Of a stretch of 64,000 nucleotides of DNA, positions 1-12,847 are shown in pieces (positions within the stretch are counted from its first letter, which is position 1; every line of letters starts with the position of its first letter). The translations under genes and the position numbers were made by a program. This DNA is from Anolis carolinensis (lineage: Eukaryota): contig NW_026943818.1 in assembly GCF_035594765.1 (NCBI RefSeq), positions 11,069,924 through 11,133,923 on the forward strand, written 5' to 3'. Below the pieces are notes generated by a model. It was not told the origin of the DNA. It searched no databases and was given only the letters and a program-made list of their open reading frames with translations.

Positions 1-520
1 GTAGAAAAATCAGACTCTCTCTGTGTTAGATTTTAGGGATGCACAAGCTGACAGGACAAGCTGGGAGTAGGGGGGCCTGTTTTCTATACATTCCAGTGTG
101 AATTGGTTCCTAGTACAGCTTGACAGGTCAAGAGTGGCCTCTTGATGGATCTCTCTTTTGGTGTCTGTGACTTGTTACACGCTTTTAAGAGTGCTTAAGA
201 TAGGAAAATGCTGATTGTGCATATTTATGTCCATGTATGTAAGCATGTGAAGTGACGTACTAATGACGAGATGTATGTAAAAGCATGTTCTGGGTCTGAA
301 AATGTATAAAATGCAAGTCCACGCCTTGATCGTCTCTCTGGAAAGCTTTTTTGGAAGAGATTCCACTTCCAGGGACTCAGCTGAAATAATAAACCGGGCT
401 TTTTGGCCTCTCAAAAGGATCTCTCTTTGCGTTACCTCTCTCTTCATCTACAACAACAGCTGACAACATGCATCTCGGACTTGTCCCCAAGAACAAGATA
501 TAGCAAAGCTGACTCCTTAC

Positions 521-665
521 CAGGCTCTGAGAGAGTCCCTTGTTTCTCCAGCTTCTCCGTCCGGTCCTCTTCCGACAGATTGGACAGTTGTCGCTTCACC
601 GCTTTGTTGGTGTTCCCGCCAGACGTGACGCTCGCGACGGACACCAATGGGATGGCCTGGCTCTC
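521..665 (-). CDS. PNPLA7: PNPLA7 exon 11 (ESQAIPLVSVASVTSG...TLSEP); gene continues beyond the left edge of the window
   Basis: ESQAIPLVSVASV matches PNPLA7; donor G|gtaagg. Confidence 0.92.
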
Positions 666-781
666 CTGGCAAGAAGCAGAAAGGAAGGAGATCAATGGGA
701 TTCCAACTGGGAAGCCCTATTTCCTGACAGTGACCTTGCCAGAATCAGGTATGGGTGAGGGTCACCTAGAGAGGAACATCA

Positions 782-916
<135 letters not shown>

Positions 917-967
917 TCATGAATGTTTTGGGTTCCTCTCCAATAATAATAATAATAATAATAATAA

Positions 968-998
<31 letters not shown>

Positions 999-1021
999 AA
1001 GAAGAAGAAGAAGAAGAAGAA

Positions 1022-1650
1022 AATTATTAAGAAAATCGCACAGACAGACTACAAACAGAGGCACAACTATGTGGCCCAAATGATTCATTGGAACTTATGC
1101 CTCAAGTCCCACCTCCCAGCAGCAAAGAACTGGTGGGATCACAAACCTGCAAAAGTCTTGGAAAATGAACATGCAAAGATACTGTGGGACTTCCGAATCC
1201 AGACTGACAAAGTTCTGGAACACAACACACCAGACATCACAGTTGTGGAAAAGAACAAGGTTTGGATCATTGATGTCGCCATCCCAGGTGACAGTCGCAT
1301 AGATGAAAAACAACAGGAAAAACTCAGCCGCTATCAGGACCTCAAGATTGAACTTCAAAGACTCTGGCAGAAACCAGTACAGGTGGTCCCGGTGGTGATG
1401 GGCACACTGGGTGCTGTGCCAAAAGATCTCAGCCGGCATTTGGAAACAATAGACATTGACAAAATCACCATCTGCCAACTGCAAAAGGCCACCCTACTGG
1501 GATCTGCACACATCATCAGAAAATACATCACACAGTCCTAGACACTTGGGAAGTGTTCGACTTGTGGTTTTGCGAAACGAAATCCAGCATATCTATCTTG
1601 TTTGCTGTGCCATACAACGTCGTTGTGTTGATAATAATAATAATAATAAT
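1022..1650 (+). mobile_element. 5'-truncated Dong/R4-clade non-LTR retrotransposon (restriction-like endonuclease C-terminus)
   Basis: RHN...LWDFRIQTD...PDI...IIDVAIP..D...EK..RY REL motifs; flanked by (AAT)n, the known Dong target. Confidence 0.88.
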
Positions 1651-2030
1651 AATATTATACCCTACTGAGATCTGCACACATCATCCGAAAATACATCACA
1701 CAATCCTAAACACTTGGGAAGTGTTTGACTTGTGATTTTGTGATACGAAATCCAGCATATCTATCTTGTTTGCTGTGTCATACAACGTCGTTGTGTCAAT
1801 AATAATATATTACTATTATTATTGTTGTTAATAATAACAGCAATAATAACAATAACAATAAATTATTGTTATTATTAACAACAACAGCACCACTAATAAC
1901 AACAATAACAATACATTATTATTATTATTGACACAAAGACACAGTATGACAACAAACGAGATCTATATGCTGGCTTTCGTATCTCAGAATCACAAGTCGA
2001 ACACTTCCCAGTGTGATGTATTTTAGATGA

Positions 2031-2072
<42 letters not shown>

Positions 2073-2075
<3 letters not shown>

Positions 2076-2440
2076 GGCCCACCCTATCTCCCTGAAGGGA
2101 CTCGGGGCAGCTTACAACAAAATAAACACAGTGACAAACATTTGTTGTTGTTGTTGTTGTTGTTGTTATGGCCCACCCTATCTCCCTGAAGGGACTCAGG
2201 GCAGCTTACAACAAAATAAACACAGTGGCAAACATTTGTTGTTGTTGTTGTTATTATTATTATGGCCCACCCTATCTCCCCAAACGGACTCAGGGCAGCT
2301 TACAACAAAGTAAAACACAGTGGCAAACATTTATTGTTGTTGTTGTTGTTATTATGGCCCACCCTATCTCACTGAAGGGACTCAGGGCAGTTTACAACAA
2401 AATAAAACACAGTGGCAAACATTTGTTGTTGTTGTTGTTG

Positions 2441-2501
<61 letters not shown>

Positions 2502-2567
2502 GGCCCACCCTATCTCCCTGAAGTGACTCAGGGCAGCTTACAACAAAATAAACACAGTGGCAAACAT

Positions 2568-2599
<32 letters not shown>

Positions 2600-2775
2600 A
2601 TAGCCCACCCTATCTCACTGAAGGGACTCAGGGCAGTTTACAACAAAATAAAACACAGTGGCAAACATTTATTGTTGTTGTTGTTGTTATTATTATTATT
2701 ATTATGGCCCACCCTATCTCCCCGAAGGAACTCAGGGCAGCTTACAACAAAATAAAACACAGTAGCAAACATTTA
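2073..2775 (-). repeat. Tandem array of seven L2-like 3' ends separated by (TTG)n(TTA)n
   Basis: Unit ggcccaccctatctccctgaagggactcagggcagcttacaacaaaataaacacagtggcaaacatt. Confidence 0.85.
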
Positions 2776-2954
2776 TTTGAACCGAATTTGAACCGCCGAC
2801 CTTTCGGTTAGCAAATTCAGCAGCTCAGCAGTTGAACCCACTGCATCACTGGGTGGTTAAAATAATGTAATATTGTTATATCATCATCATCATTATTAGG
2901 AACTGGACAAGAAACAGGACGGGGGTTCTGTAGAAAAATCCCCATCCGTCTCAC

Positions 2955-3083
2955 CTGCACGACTCTCACAAGCGTTTCAGGATATTTCTGGAAGACATCG
3001 TGAAATGCGTTGGCCGGGAGCCGGAGGATCGTGGAAGGCATTCCTGCTCGCGCAGAGACGGTCTTGTAAGGCGCCGGGTGACC
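2955..3083 (-). CDS. PNPLA7: PNPLA7 exon 9 ([14 protein letters not shown]...[11 protein letters not shown])
   Basis: Inside ORF 2817..3167; 129 nt; conserved peptide. Confidence 0.95.
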
Positions 3084-4062
3084 CTTTTGAACAGAAAACG
3101 GAGGGGAAATGGGTTTCACACAAAACACGCATGTGCTTTGATTTTCCCATACAATGGCCTTGTTCATCTGTCGTGCCTGGCTGCACGTCTTGTACTAATA
3201 ATAGAATATATTGTATATGCATATAACATTGATAATAATATAATGTAATCTATATATATAAAAGAGTGATGGCATCACGGCGACCGACAAAACAACAAAA
3301 CTACAGGCCCCCCAACCTCGAAATTTGACAACACAACCCATCATCCACGCCTCTAGGTTGATACAACAAAAAGAAAAGAAAAATAAAGTCCTAATTAGAG
3401 GGAGAGGAATAATTGCTTTTATCCAATTGCTGCCAGTTTGAAGGCTAAGCTCCGCCCACTTGGTCTCCTAGCAACCCAATAAAAAATAATAAAAAACACT
3501 AAAAATAATTAAAAACACTAAAAAATTAATACAATAAAATACTATAATAACAGAAAATAACTAAAAATAATACAAGAAAATAATAAAATATAATAAATAA
3601 AAAGATAACTTGTAGTTTTGTTGTTTTGTCCGCTGCCCTGATGCCATCACTCTTTTATATATATAGATAATATAATATACTGTATGTAAGGCGCCCTGAG
3701 TCCCCTTTGAGGTGAGAAGGGTGGGATATAAATGTCGTAAATAAATAAATAAAAACTGTTGTTGCTGAAATCAAATCTCTATTTACAGTCAACGACCAAT
3801 ACAGAATCCCACCTTGCAATCATCCATCTACATCCATTTACATTAGGTTAGGATATAAATTGAAATAGAACACCGTTATAAAAGATACTTCTAAGACCTT
3901 ACTCTGACTATAGGTTTCGAAAATATAACCTAGCCTTTAAAATTATATCATGGTAAAAACATCTCATCCCATACTATCCGACTGCTGAATGGCACTTTTT
4001 TATTTTTCCAAATTGTTGTTGTTATCTTAGAGACCTCGAGCAGACCCGGGAGATGGGCTCAC

Positions 4063-4143
4063 CGTGATGACATCCAGAATGCTGAGGAGGCTGTGGACGC
4101 TGTCTCCCGCCAAGACCTCTTTCACCACGACTTCTGTGCCATC
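4063..4143 (-). CDS. PNPLA7: PNPLA7 exon 8 ([27 protein letters not shown])
   Basis: 81 nt, phase 0-0, conserved peptide. Confidence 0.95.
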
Positions 4144-4348
4144 CTAAAGAAATTTTCAAAAAATATGTCTTTAATAAGAGGGATAAGATGACCACACTTT
4201 TCCTGTATCCTCCTTACTCAATTTGGAATCACTGAGTCCCATGGCCATCAAGTCCAACCCCGTCCTGCAATGCAGGAAGAAAACATTATAAACACTGGGT
4301 TTCTGTGAGGTTTCTAGGCTGTCTGGCCATGTTCCAGAAGCATTCGCT

Positions 4349-4389
4349 CCTGACGTTTCACCCACATCTATGACAGGCATCATCAGAGG
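4349..4389 (-). ncRNA. Minimal type I hammerhead ribozyme motif (PLE-associated), core intact
   Basis: - strand CCU-CUGAUGA-U-GCCUGU-CAUAGAU-GUGGGU-GAAAC-GUC-AGG: core boxes, stem II, palindromic ACGU stem III, CCU/AGG stem I. Confidence 0.7.
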
Positions 4390-4635
4390 TTGTGAGGTCT
4401 GTTGGAAACTAGGCAAGTGGGGTTTACTATATATACTTGAGTATAAGCCTAGTTTTTCAGCCCTTTTTTAAGACTGAAAAAGGCCCCCTTGGCTTATACT
4501 CGGGTGAGGGTCCTGGTTGGCTTATATTTGGGTCAGCTTATACTCGAGAATATATGGTACATTTATTATTTTTCTCTGTTATTATATTTATTATTTTTCT
4601 CTATTATTGTTGCTACTATTACATTTATTTTACTC

Positions 4636-4666
<31 letters not shown>

Positions 4667-4777
4667 AATAATAATATCTTTATTATTTCACTCTGATCTT
4701 ATTATTATTATTGCATTTATTATTTTACTCTATTTATTATTATATGTATTATTTTCCTGTATTTATTATTATCAATA

Positions 4778-5083
4778 CAGTAGAGTCTCACTTATCCAAC
4801 ATAAACGGGCCGGCAGAACGTTGGATAAGCGAATATGTTGGATAATAAGGAGGCCTTAAGGAAAAGCCTATTAAGCATCAAAATAGGTTATGATTTTACA
4901 AATTAAGCACCAAAACATCATGTTATAGAACAAATTTGACAGAAAAAGTAGTTCAATAAGCAGTAACGTATTTACGAATTTAGCACCAAAATATCATGAT
5001 GTTTCGAAAACATTGACTACAAAAATGTGTTGGATAATCCAGAACGTTGGATAAGCGAGTGTTGGATAAGTGAGACTCTACTG
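4778..5083. mobile_element. Tc1/mariner(pogo)-type MITE, ~310 bp
   Basis: TA|CAGTAGAGTCTCACTTATCCAAC...GTTGGATAAGTGAGACTCTACTG|TA. Confidence 0.9.
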
Positions 5084-5492
5084 TATTATTATTATTATTG
5101 TGTTGTTGAAGGCTTTCATGGCCGGGAACACAGGGTTGTTGTGTGTTTTCCGGGCTGCATGGCTATGTTCCAGAAGCATTCTCTCCTGATGTTTTGCCCA
5201 CATCTATGGCAGACATCCTCAGAGGTGTGAGGTCTGATAGAAACTAGGCAAGTGGGGTTTATATATCTGTGATGGGAGAAAGAACTCTGGTCTATGTGAG
5301 TGTTGCCATTGGGCACCTTGATTAGCACTGAATAGCCTTGCAGCTTCAAAGCCTGGCTGCTTCCTGCCTGGGGGAATCCTTTGTTAGAAGGTGTTAGCTG
5401 GTCCGGATTGTTTCCCTGTTTTTTGAGTGCTGCCTAGAAGCAAAGATGTCACTATCGCAGCCCCCCCCCCCCCCCCCCAGAGCCATGCTTAC

Positions 5493-5652
5493 ACTCTCCT
5501 GGATGCAGACTTCCAGTTTTCCATCCTGCACCACGTAGATGCTGTTGTCCAGCTGCCCAGGTCGGAAGATATACTCCCCTTCGTGCAGCTGCACAAAGAC
5601 CATGTGTTTACAGAGCTCCAGGAAAAGGGGCTTCTCGAAGTGGCCAAGGACC
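5493..5652 (-). CDS. PNPLA7: PNPLA7 exon 7, cNMP-binding domain 1 ([19 protein letters not shown]...EVCIQES)
   Basis: Inside ORF 5394..5696; canonical AG/GT. Confidence 0.95.
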
Positions 5653-5908
5653 CTGCAGGAAAAAAAGAGACTCAGATAAGGAAACAATGCGAACAATAAA
5701 AATAAATAAATAATAATAATAATAATAATAATAAAACTTTATTTATACCCCGACACCATCTCCCCGTGGGGACTCGGGGCGGCTCACAATGTTACAAAAC
5801 TAACAGCGCAAATACATAAACAATGCACACAGTTTAAAACACAAGAATATGATAAAACAGAAGTTAAAACAAAGGTTTATACAACAGTAATAATATCAAT
5901 AAGTAATA

Positions 5909-6193
5909 CAGTAGAGTCTCACTTATCCAACATTCGCTTATCCAACATTCTGGATTATCCAACGCAAACATCAAATTAGGTTATGATTTTACAAATTAAG
6001 CACCAAAACATCATGTTATACAACAAATTTGACAGAAAAAGTAGTTCAATATGCAGTAATGCTACGTAGTAATTACTGTATTTACGAATTTAGCACCAAA
6101 ATATCATGATTTATTGAAAACATTGACTACAAAAATGCGTTGGATAATCCAGAATGTTGGATAAGCGAGTGTTGGATAAGTAAGACTCTACTA
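5909..6193. mobile_element. CAGTAGAG MITE copy
   Basis: Same TIRs and internal sequence. Confidence 0.85.
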
Positions 6194-6844
6194 TATAAAG
6201 TCACTTAGTCCACTACGCCATCTGGGGGCTCCAGAAATGGAGATGAGCACCAACCCCCAGAGTGTGAGTAGATCAATAGGTAGGAAGGTAACCCCTAGAA
6301 TTAATCCTTGGATGCCGGCAGGTATAGTCATAATAATAATCCAGAGAGTAATGTTCACCTAGTGACCGATGGACCTGGACCAAAATTGGCACACAGACCC
6401 GCCATGGCCAACTTTAACTACTGGTGTGGTTTGGGAACAATGACAGAAGAGCCTGAAAACTTGGCTATTCCAGAAGGCCTTCGTTGACTGATCCTTGTGG
6501 TATCATGTTATTTACCTATTAAGCAGTAGACCCTCTGGATTGTTTTTAGGATTCATTCAGCACTTTAAGTATTACACCTGCTGTATAATTATCCCTCCCT
6601 GATAACTTGATATTGCTTTGCACCTTGGCCTGGATCTTTTGACCCAAATCGGGATTTTAATATTATTGTCTATATTGACTTTTATGACTGTTTTTAATCA
6701 TGTTGAAGTTTTACTGCTCAGTTTAATGTTTTATCTGATTTGTGCTGTCGTGTCTGGGCATGGCCCCATGTAAGCCGCCCCGAGTCCCTCCGGGGAGATG
6801 GGGCGGGATATAAGAATAAAATTATTATTATTATTATTATTATT

Positions 6845-7352
6845 ATCAACACAACGACGTTGTATGACACAGCAAACATGATAGATATGCTGGATTTCGT
6901 ATCACAAAACCACAAGTCGAACACTTCCCAAGTGTCTAGGACTGTGTGATGTATTTTCTGATGATGCGTGCAGATCCCAGTAGGGTGGCCTTTTGCAGTT
7001 GGCAGATGGTGATTTTGTCAATGTCTATTGTTTCCAAATGCCGGCTGAGATCTTTTGGCACGGCACCCAGTGTGCCCATCACCACCGGGACCACCTGCAC
7101 TGGTTTCTGCCAGAGTCTTTGAAGTTCAATCTTGAGGTCCTGAGAGCGGCTGAGTTTTTCCTGTTGTTTTTCATCTATGCGACTGTCACCTGGGATGGCA
7201 ACATCAATGATCCAAACCTTGTTCTTTTCCACAACTGTGATGTCTGGTGTGTTGTGTTCCAGAACTTTGTCAGTCTGGATTCGGAAGTCCCACAGTATCT
7301 TTGCATGTTCATTTTCCAATACTTTTGCAGGTTTGTTATCCCACCAGTTCTT
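6845..7352 (-). mobile_element. Dong/R4 LINE 3' fragment
   Basis: ORF 6936..7319 nearly identical to the other copies; (TTA)n on both sides. Confidence 0.88.
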
Positions 7353-7355
7353 TGC

Positions 7356-7419
<64 letters not shown>

Positions 7420-7607
7420 GGGACTTGTAGTTTACCCACATTCTTATGCATTTTCTAATCAGTCCATTGTTTAAATCCAAAACCCAGCAATGAGTAATTT
7501 TGGTGTTTATCTTTACAAAAGACCTAACCCAGGTATCACCAGGTAACAAAGCTAGTCTCTTACTAAGAACTATCTCTGTTTCAGTTTTGCCCAAAGTCGG
7601 CCCTCAC

Positions 7608-7748
7608 CTGACGTTTTTGAGCATGTAAAGGACTTCCGAGGGCAAGTGGGAGTTCTTCACGTCGAACTCCGTGAGGTCGGCCTCAAGCAGAGACGGAGGC
7701 GGCTCCTTGGGCTGCAACGTGGGCGACTCTTTCTTGAAACGCAGGATT
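7608..7748 (-). CDS. PNPLA7: PNPLA7 exon 6 ([47 protein letters not shown])
   Basis: Near-identical to recalled PNPLA7; phase 2 at both ends. Confidence 0.95.
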
Positions 7749-8482
7749 CTGCAAGGAAAGAAGCACGGGTATTCAACACTTTGTGGCTGTTATTTGTACT
7801 TTTTATTGCCTTAACTCCGTCCTTCCTAACTATCCGATCAGCTGCCAAACTTAGAAAGATTACCTTCAGAGTTCACCCCAGTCTAAGGCTCTTCCCATGA
7901 CCTTGTAGCACCTGAACTTCCTTCTTGTTTACAAGTTCCACTCAGTGCACTTTGCCCAGCTCATTTTATGTTTTGATTGCTGTGTTTTTCATGTGTTTTA
8001 TAATCATTGTGATTTTTAATGCCTTTTAAATTTATTGGTGTGTTTTTGTATTTGATATTACTGTATGCTGGTTTTATATCTGTAAGCCGTCCCAAGTCCC
8101 TCTGGGGAGATAGTGGCAGGGTACAAAAATAAAATTATTATTATTATTATTACTACCTTCTGGACCATTACCTTTTTCCAGAATCTCGCAGAAACATTAC
8201 AGTTCAAAGAACTATAATTTCCCTGGGTTTGTTCTCCTTTTCCCAGTTCTGATACAAGAAAGCAGGGTGGGCAGAACACAGACTACACAGAGAGACACAT
8301 AAGACATCCCCAGAAAATAAGACCTAGTAGAGGTTTTGCTGAATTGCTAAATATAAGGCCTCCCCTGAAAGTAAGACCTAGCAAAGATTTTGTTTGGAAG
8401 CATGACCGCCAAACAGAACACCAGAGTATGCGGGATTGGTAAATGTACATACCATAGAGTGTTTTACATGGAAATAATGGTA

Positions 8483-8790
8483 CAGTAGAGTCTCACTTAT
8501 CCAACATTCTGGATTATCCAACGCATTTTTGTAGTCAATGTTTTCAATATATCGTGATATTTTGGTGCTAAATTCGTAAATACAGTAATTACAATATAAC
8601 ATTACTGCGTATTGAACTACTTTTTCTGTCAAACTTGTTGTTTAACATGATGTTTTGGTGCTTAATTTGTAAAATCATAACCTAATTTGATGTTTAATAG
8701 GCTTTTCCTTAATCTCTCCTTATTATCCAACATATTCGCTTATCCAACGTTCTGCCGGCCCGTTTATGTTGGATAAGTGAGACTCTACTG
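8483..8790. mobile_element. CAGTAGAG MITE copy, nested in a CCGTG-ended element (~8300-9425)
   Basis: TIRs plus TA TSD. Confidence 0.88.
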
Positions 8791-10400
8791 TAATAACAAG
8801 AAATTCTTGATAGGATTCACAGTTTGTCTGGTTATTCTGGTTTATGGTAACTACTGTACAACATATAATGTTCATTTTTTGTTCAACAATAATAATAATA
8901 AATAATAAAACTTTATTTATACCCCGCCACCATCTCCCCACGGGGACTCGGGACAGCTCACATGGGGCAAGGCCCGACCAGCACAATTTACAAAAACAAC
9001 AGCATAAATACATTCAACAATATACAAAAAAATAAAAATAAAACACAGTAAGACAATAAAACAAGAGTTAATACAGCAGTAATAATATCAATCAACCACC
9101 AAGTACAATTCAGTCGACTTCATTGGCGGGGGGGACTGCAGCAGCCATATAAAATATAAAATGCAATTCAATAAATAAATAAATTCAATAAATAAATTCA
9201 ATAAATGTGAATTCTTCTTCATGGAAAGATAAGACATCCCCTGAAAATAAGACCTAGCGCATCTTTGGGAGAAAAAATTAATATATATTTTTTATTATTA
9301 TTATTGACACAAATGCGATTTCCTGCTTCTTGGCAGGGGGTTGGACTGGATGGCCCATGAGGTCTCTTCCAACTCTACTATTCTATGATTCTATAAGACA
9401 CTGTATTATTTTCGGGGAAACACGGTAATGAATGAATAAAAGCAAATGCTGGCCTTTTTCTCACCGCTGACTTCTCCACCTCTATTTTCTCTGATAGTTG
9501 ACTAATACTCAACTCAACTTCATCTTTATGAAGCTGTGAACCTACAGTGTTAGGATCAGCAGTAATAGAGGCAGAGGTGTTGCCAAAAATACTGGCAAAT
9601 CTAAAACCAGCATGATTTTACATCTAGCGCTGAGTCCCTTTCGGGAGATGGAGGTGGGATACAAAAATAAAGCTATTATTATTATTATTATTATTATTAT
9701 TTTATTATGACACAGCAAACAAAATAGATATGCTGGATTTCGTATAAAAAAATCACAAGTCGAACACTTCCCAAGTGTCTAGGACTGTGTGATGTATTTT
9801 CGAATGATGCGTGCAGATCCCAGTAGGGTGGCCTTTTGCAGTTGGCAAATCGTAAATTATTATTATTATTAGGCAATATGACTCCTGTAAAACTAGAAAT
9901 ATTGATGGGTTGGGACTATTATTGATAATAATCAACACAGTAATCATTAAGAGGCTTTTGCGGGGGGCAAAGTGTCTCCTTTGGAATTGAAACAAACTGA
10001 GGGACACTTCCACTTATATTCAATCTTTGTTACTATTGTATGCCTTCAAGTCATTCTTATTTATTTATTTATTTATTTATTATTAAAATATTTATATCCC
10101 GCCCTTCTCACCCAACAGGGGACTCAGGGCGGCTTACAATAAAACGCATATATAAAAATTGTACAATACACTATAAATCAGTTTAAAAAATTAACTTACA
10201 TCAGACATTCATAAAACGCATTATAAAATACAGATAGGCGTGTTCAAGTTTAAAAGACTGGGTCTGTCAATTGAGTTCCAGCGTACACAATAGTAATTCT
10301 TGATTTATGGTGACCCTAAGACAAACTTATCAGTGAGTTTCCTGGGTGGAATTGGGTTTGTTGTCACCTTCTTCTCACAAAAGGCAAGGAGAGGCAGGTA

Positions 10401-10449
<49 letters not shown>

Positions 10450-10802
10450 GACACAAAGACATAGTATAACACAGCAAACGAGATCTATATGCTGGATTTT
10501 GTATCACAAAATCACAAGTCGAACACTTCCCAAGTGTCTAGGACTGTGTGATGTATTATTATTATTATTATTATTATTATTGACAAAAAGACATAGTATA
10601 ACACAACAAACGAGATCTATATGCTGGATTTCGTATCACAAAATCACAAGTTGAACACTTCCCAAGTGTTTAGGACTGTGTGATGTATTATTATTATTAT
10701 TGACAAAAAGACATAGTATAACACAGAAAACGAGATCTATATGCTGGATTTCGTATCACAAAATCACAAGTCGAACACTTCCCAAGTGTTTAGGACTGTG
10801 TG

Positions 10803-10848
<46 letters not shown>

Positions 10849-11080
10849 GACACAAAGACATAGTATAACACAGCAAACAAGATCTATATGCTGGATTTCG
10901 TATCACAAAATCACAAGTTGAACACTTCCCAAGTGTTTAGGACTGTGTGATGTATTATTATTATTATTATTATTACTGACAAAAAGACATAGTATAACAC
11001 AGCAAACGAGATCTATATGCTGGATTTCGTATCACAAAATCACAAGTCGAACACTTTCCAAGTGTTTAGGACTGTGTGAT

Positions 11081-11121
<41 letters not shown>

Positions 11122-11227
11122 GACACAAAGACATAGTATAACACAGCAAACAAGATCTATATGCTGGATTTTGTATCACAAAATCACAAGTCGAACACTT
11201 CCCAAGTGTTTAGGACTGTGTGATGTA
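10450..11227 (-). repeat. Tandem array of six ~105-bp Dong/R4 3' ends separated by (TTA)n
   Basis: Six copies of gaca.aaagacatagtataacacagcaaac...ttcccaagtg.taggactgtgtgat. Confidence 0.9.
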
Positions 11228-11449
11228 TTATGATTATGATGATGATGATGATTATTATTATTATATTTATTTGGGGGTGAGAAAGCGTGAGTTGCCCAAA
11301 ATCGCTCAATGGTTGAGTGGAGGACTCGAACCCTGGTCTCTCAGTGTCCTAGTCCAACACTCAAACACACTGGCTTCTATTTATTTACTTTACACACATT
11401 ACAAAGGCAACCTTATATGCCTTATATTTAAACCTGTTGTGCCCCATAC

Positions 11450-11538
11450 CTTTTTGCCAAGGACAAGACTTTGGCTCTCTTCCGCATCCGTTGCCGCGGG
11501 ACTGTGTTTCCAACCAGGGAATTTGGCAGAGTCGTGAC
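11450..11538 (-). CDS. PNPLA7: PNPLA7 exon 5 ([30 protein letters not shown])
   Basis: Resembles human [31 protein letters not shown]; phases consistent. Confidence 0.95.
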
Positions 11539-12816
11539 CTAGAAATAATAATAATAATACTTTATTTATATTCCGCCTTGTCTCCCCGATGTTTGATTTC
11601 AAAATGGAAAAAGACCTTGGATCTCAAGATAGTTGGAAAATTTGGAGAAGTTTATTGGATTTTCAGTGTTCAAGGACATTCCATATAGTTCTCGCTATGT
11701 GTTGTTATTCTATATAACATTCATCTATACTTGCTATATGGAGAAATTCCAACCTACAGACAGACTCTGGGCAACGAAACCCAACAGCTATAATGGTAGT
11801 GTATTATAATGTAATACAATATTATACATATAATATAATAATATTAATTATATATTATATATTAAATGTAATATTACTAATAATTCCATATATATAAAAG
11901 AGTGATGGCATCACGGCGACCGACAAAACAACAAAACTACAGGCCCCCCCAACCTCGAAATTTGACAACACAACCCATCATCCACGCCTCTAGGTTGATA
12001 CAACAAAAAGAAAAGAAAAATAAAGTCCTAATTAGAGGGAGAGGAATAATTGCTTTTATCCAATTGCTGCCAGTTAGAAGGCTAAGCTCCTCCAACTTGG
12101 TCTCCTAGCAACCCAATAAAAAATAATAAAAAACACTAAAAAATAATAAAAAACACTTTGCCACAGCAACGTGTGGCCCGGCACAGCTAGTATTACCATA
12201 TAATGATATAGTACAATATAGTAATTTAATGCTTATATTGTGCTATGCTAATAATATATTGTATGTACATTTGATTTGTAAGCTGCTCTGAGTCCCCTCT
12301 GGGGTGAGAAGAGCAGGATATAAATGTAGTAAATAAATAAATAAATGATAATAAGTTTATTTATACCCCGCCTCCATCTCTCCCAAAGGGGACTCGGTAT
12401 GGCGAACAGATAGTATGAGATAAAAACAGTGACAACAAACAATACATCAGTAAACAAAAACATACACCAATTATAAAATTTTAAACATAAACCTAAGAAA
12501 ATAAAAACACACTTAATAAAACACGGAATTAAAAACAGCAAAGCTGAGTAATAGACTAGCTAAAGTGCACTTTGTTAAAGTTGTAAACTCAAGATAACAA
12601 ATAAATCCATTGCAAATTCAAATACATAAATAAATAGTGTATGGAGTGCCATCTACTGGAGGAAAGCAATTCCTCAGGTTTCCTCACATTTCAAAGATGT
12701 AGAGTTATCAGTTATCCCAGTTCTACTGCAAAACACTTGTATGACGGACCCATCATATCCGCAATTTGCCACATAAGCACACATGCATACATCTGTCATT
12801 ATTATTTATAAATAAT

Positions 12817-12847
<31 letters not shown>

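Noticed and set aside
5185-5225. Additional hammerhead-like motifs (also ~24311, 26625, 40767, 58085, 63187, 63492)
   Set aside because: Catalytic core boxes CUGANGA or GAAA are mutated or deleted, so they are not called as ribozymes.
10450-11227. Repeat-spacer appearance suggestive of a CRISPR array (also 2073-2775, 17066-17735, 42225-43020)
   Set aside because: Vertebrate DNA; the repeats are 65-120-bp LINE 3' ends, the spacers are microsatellites, and there are no cas genes.
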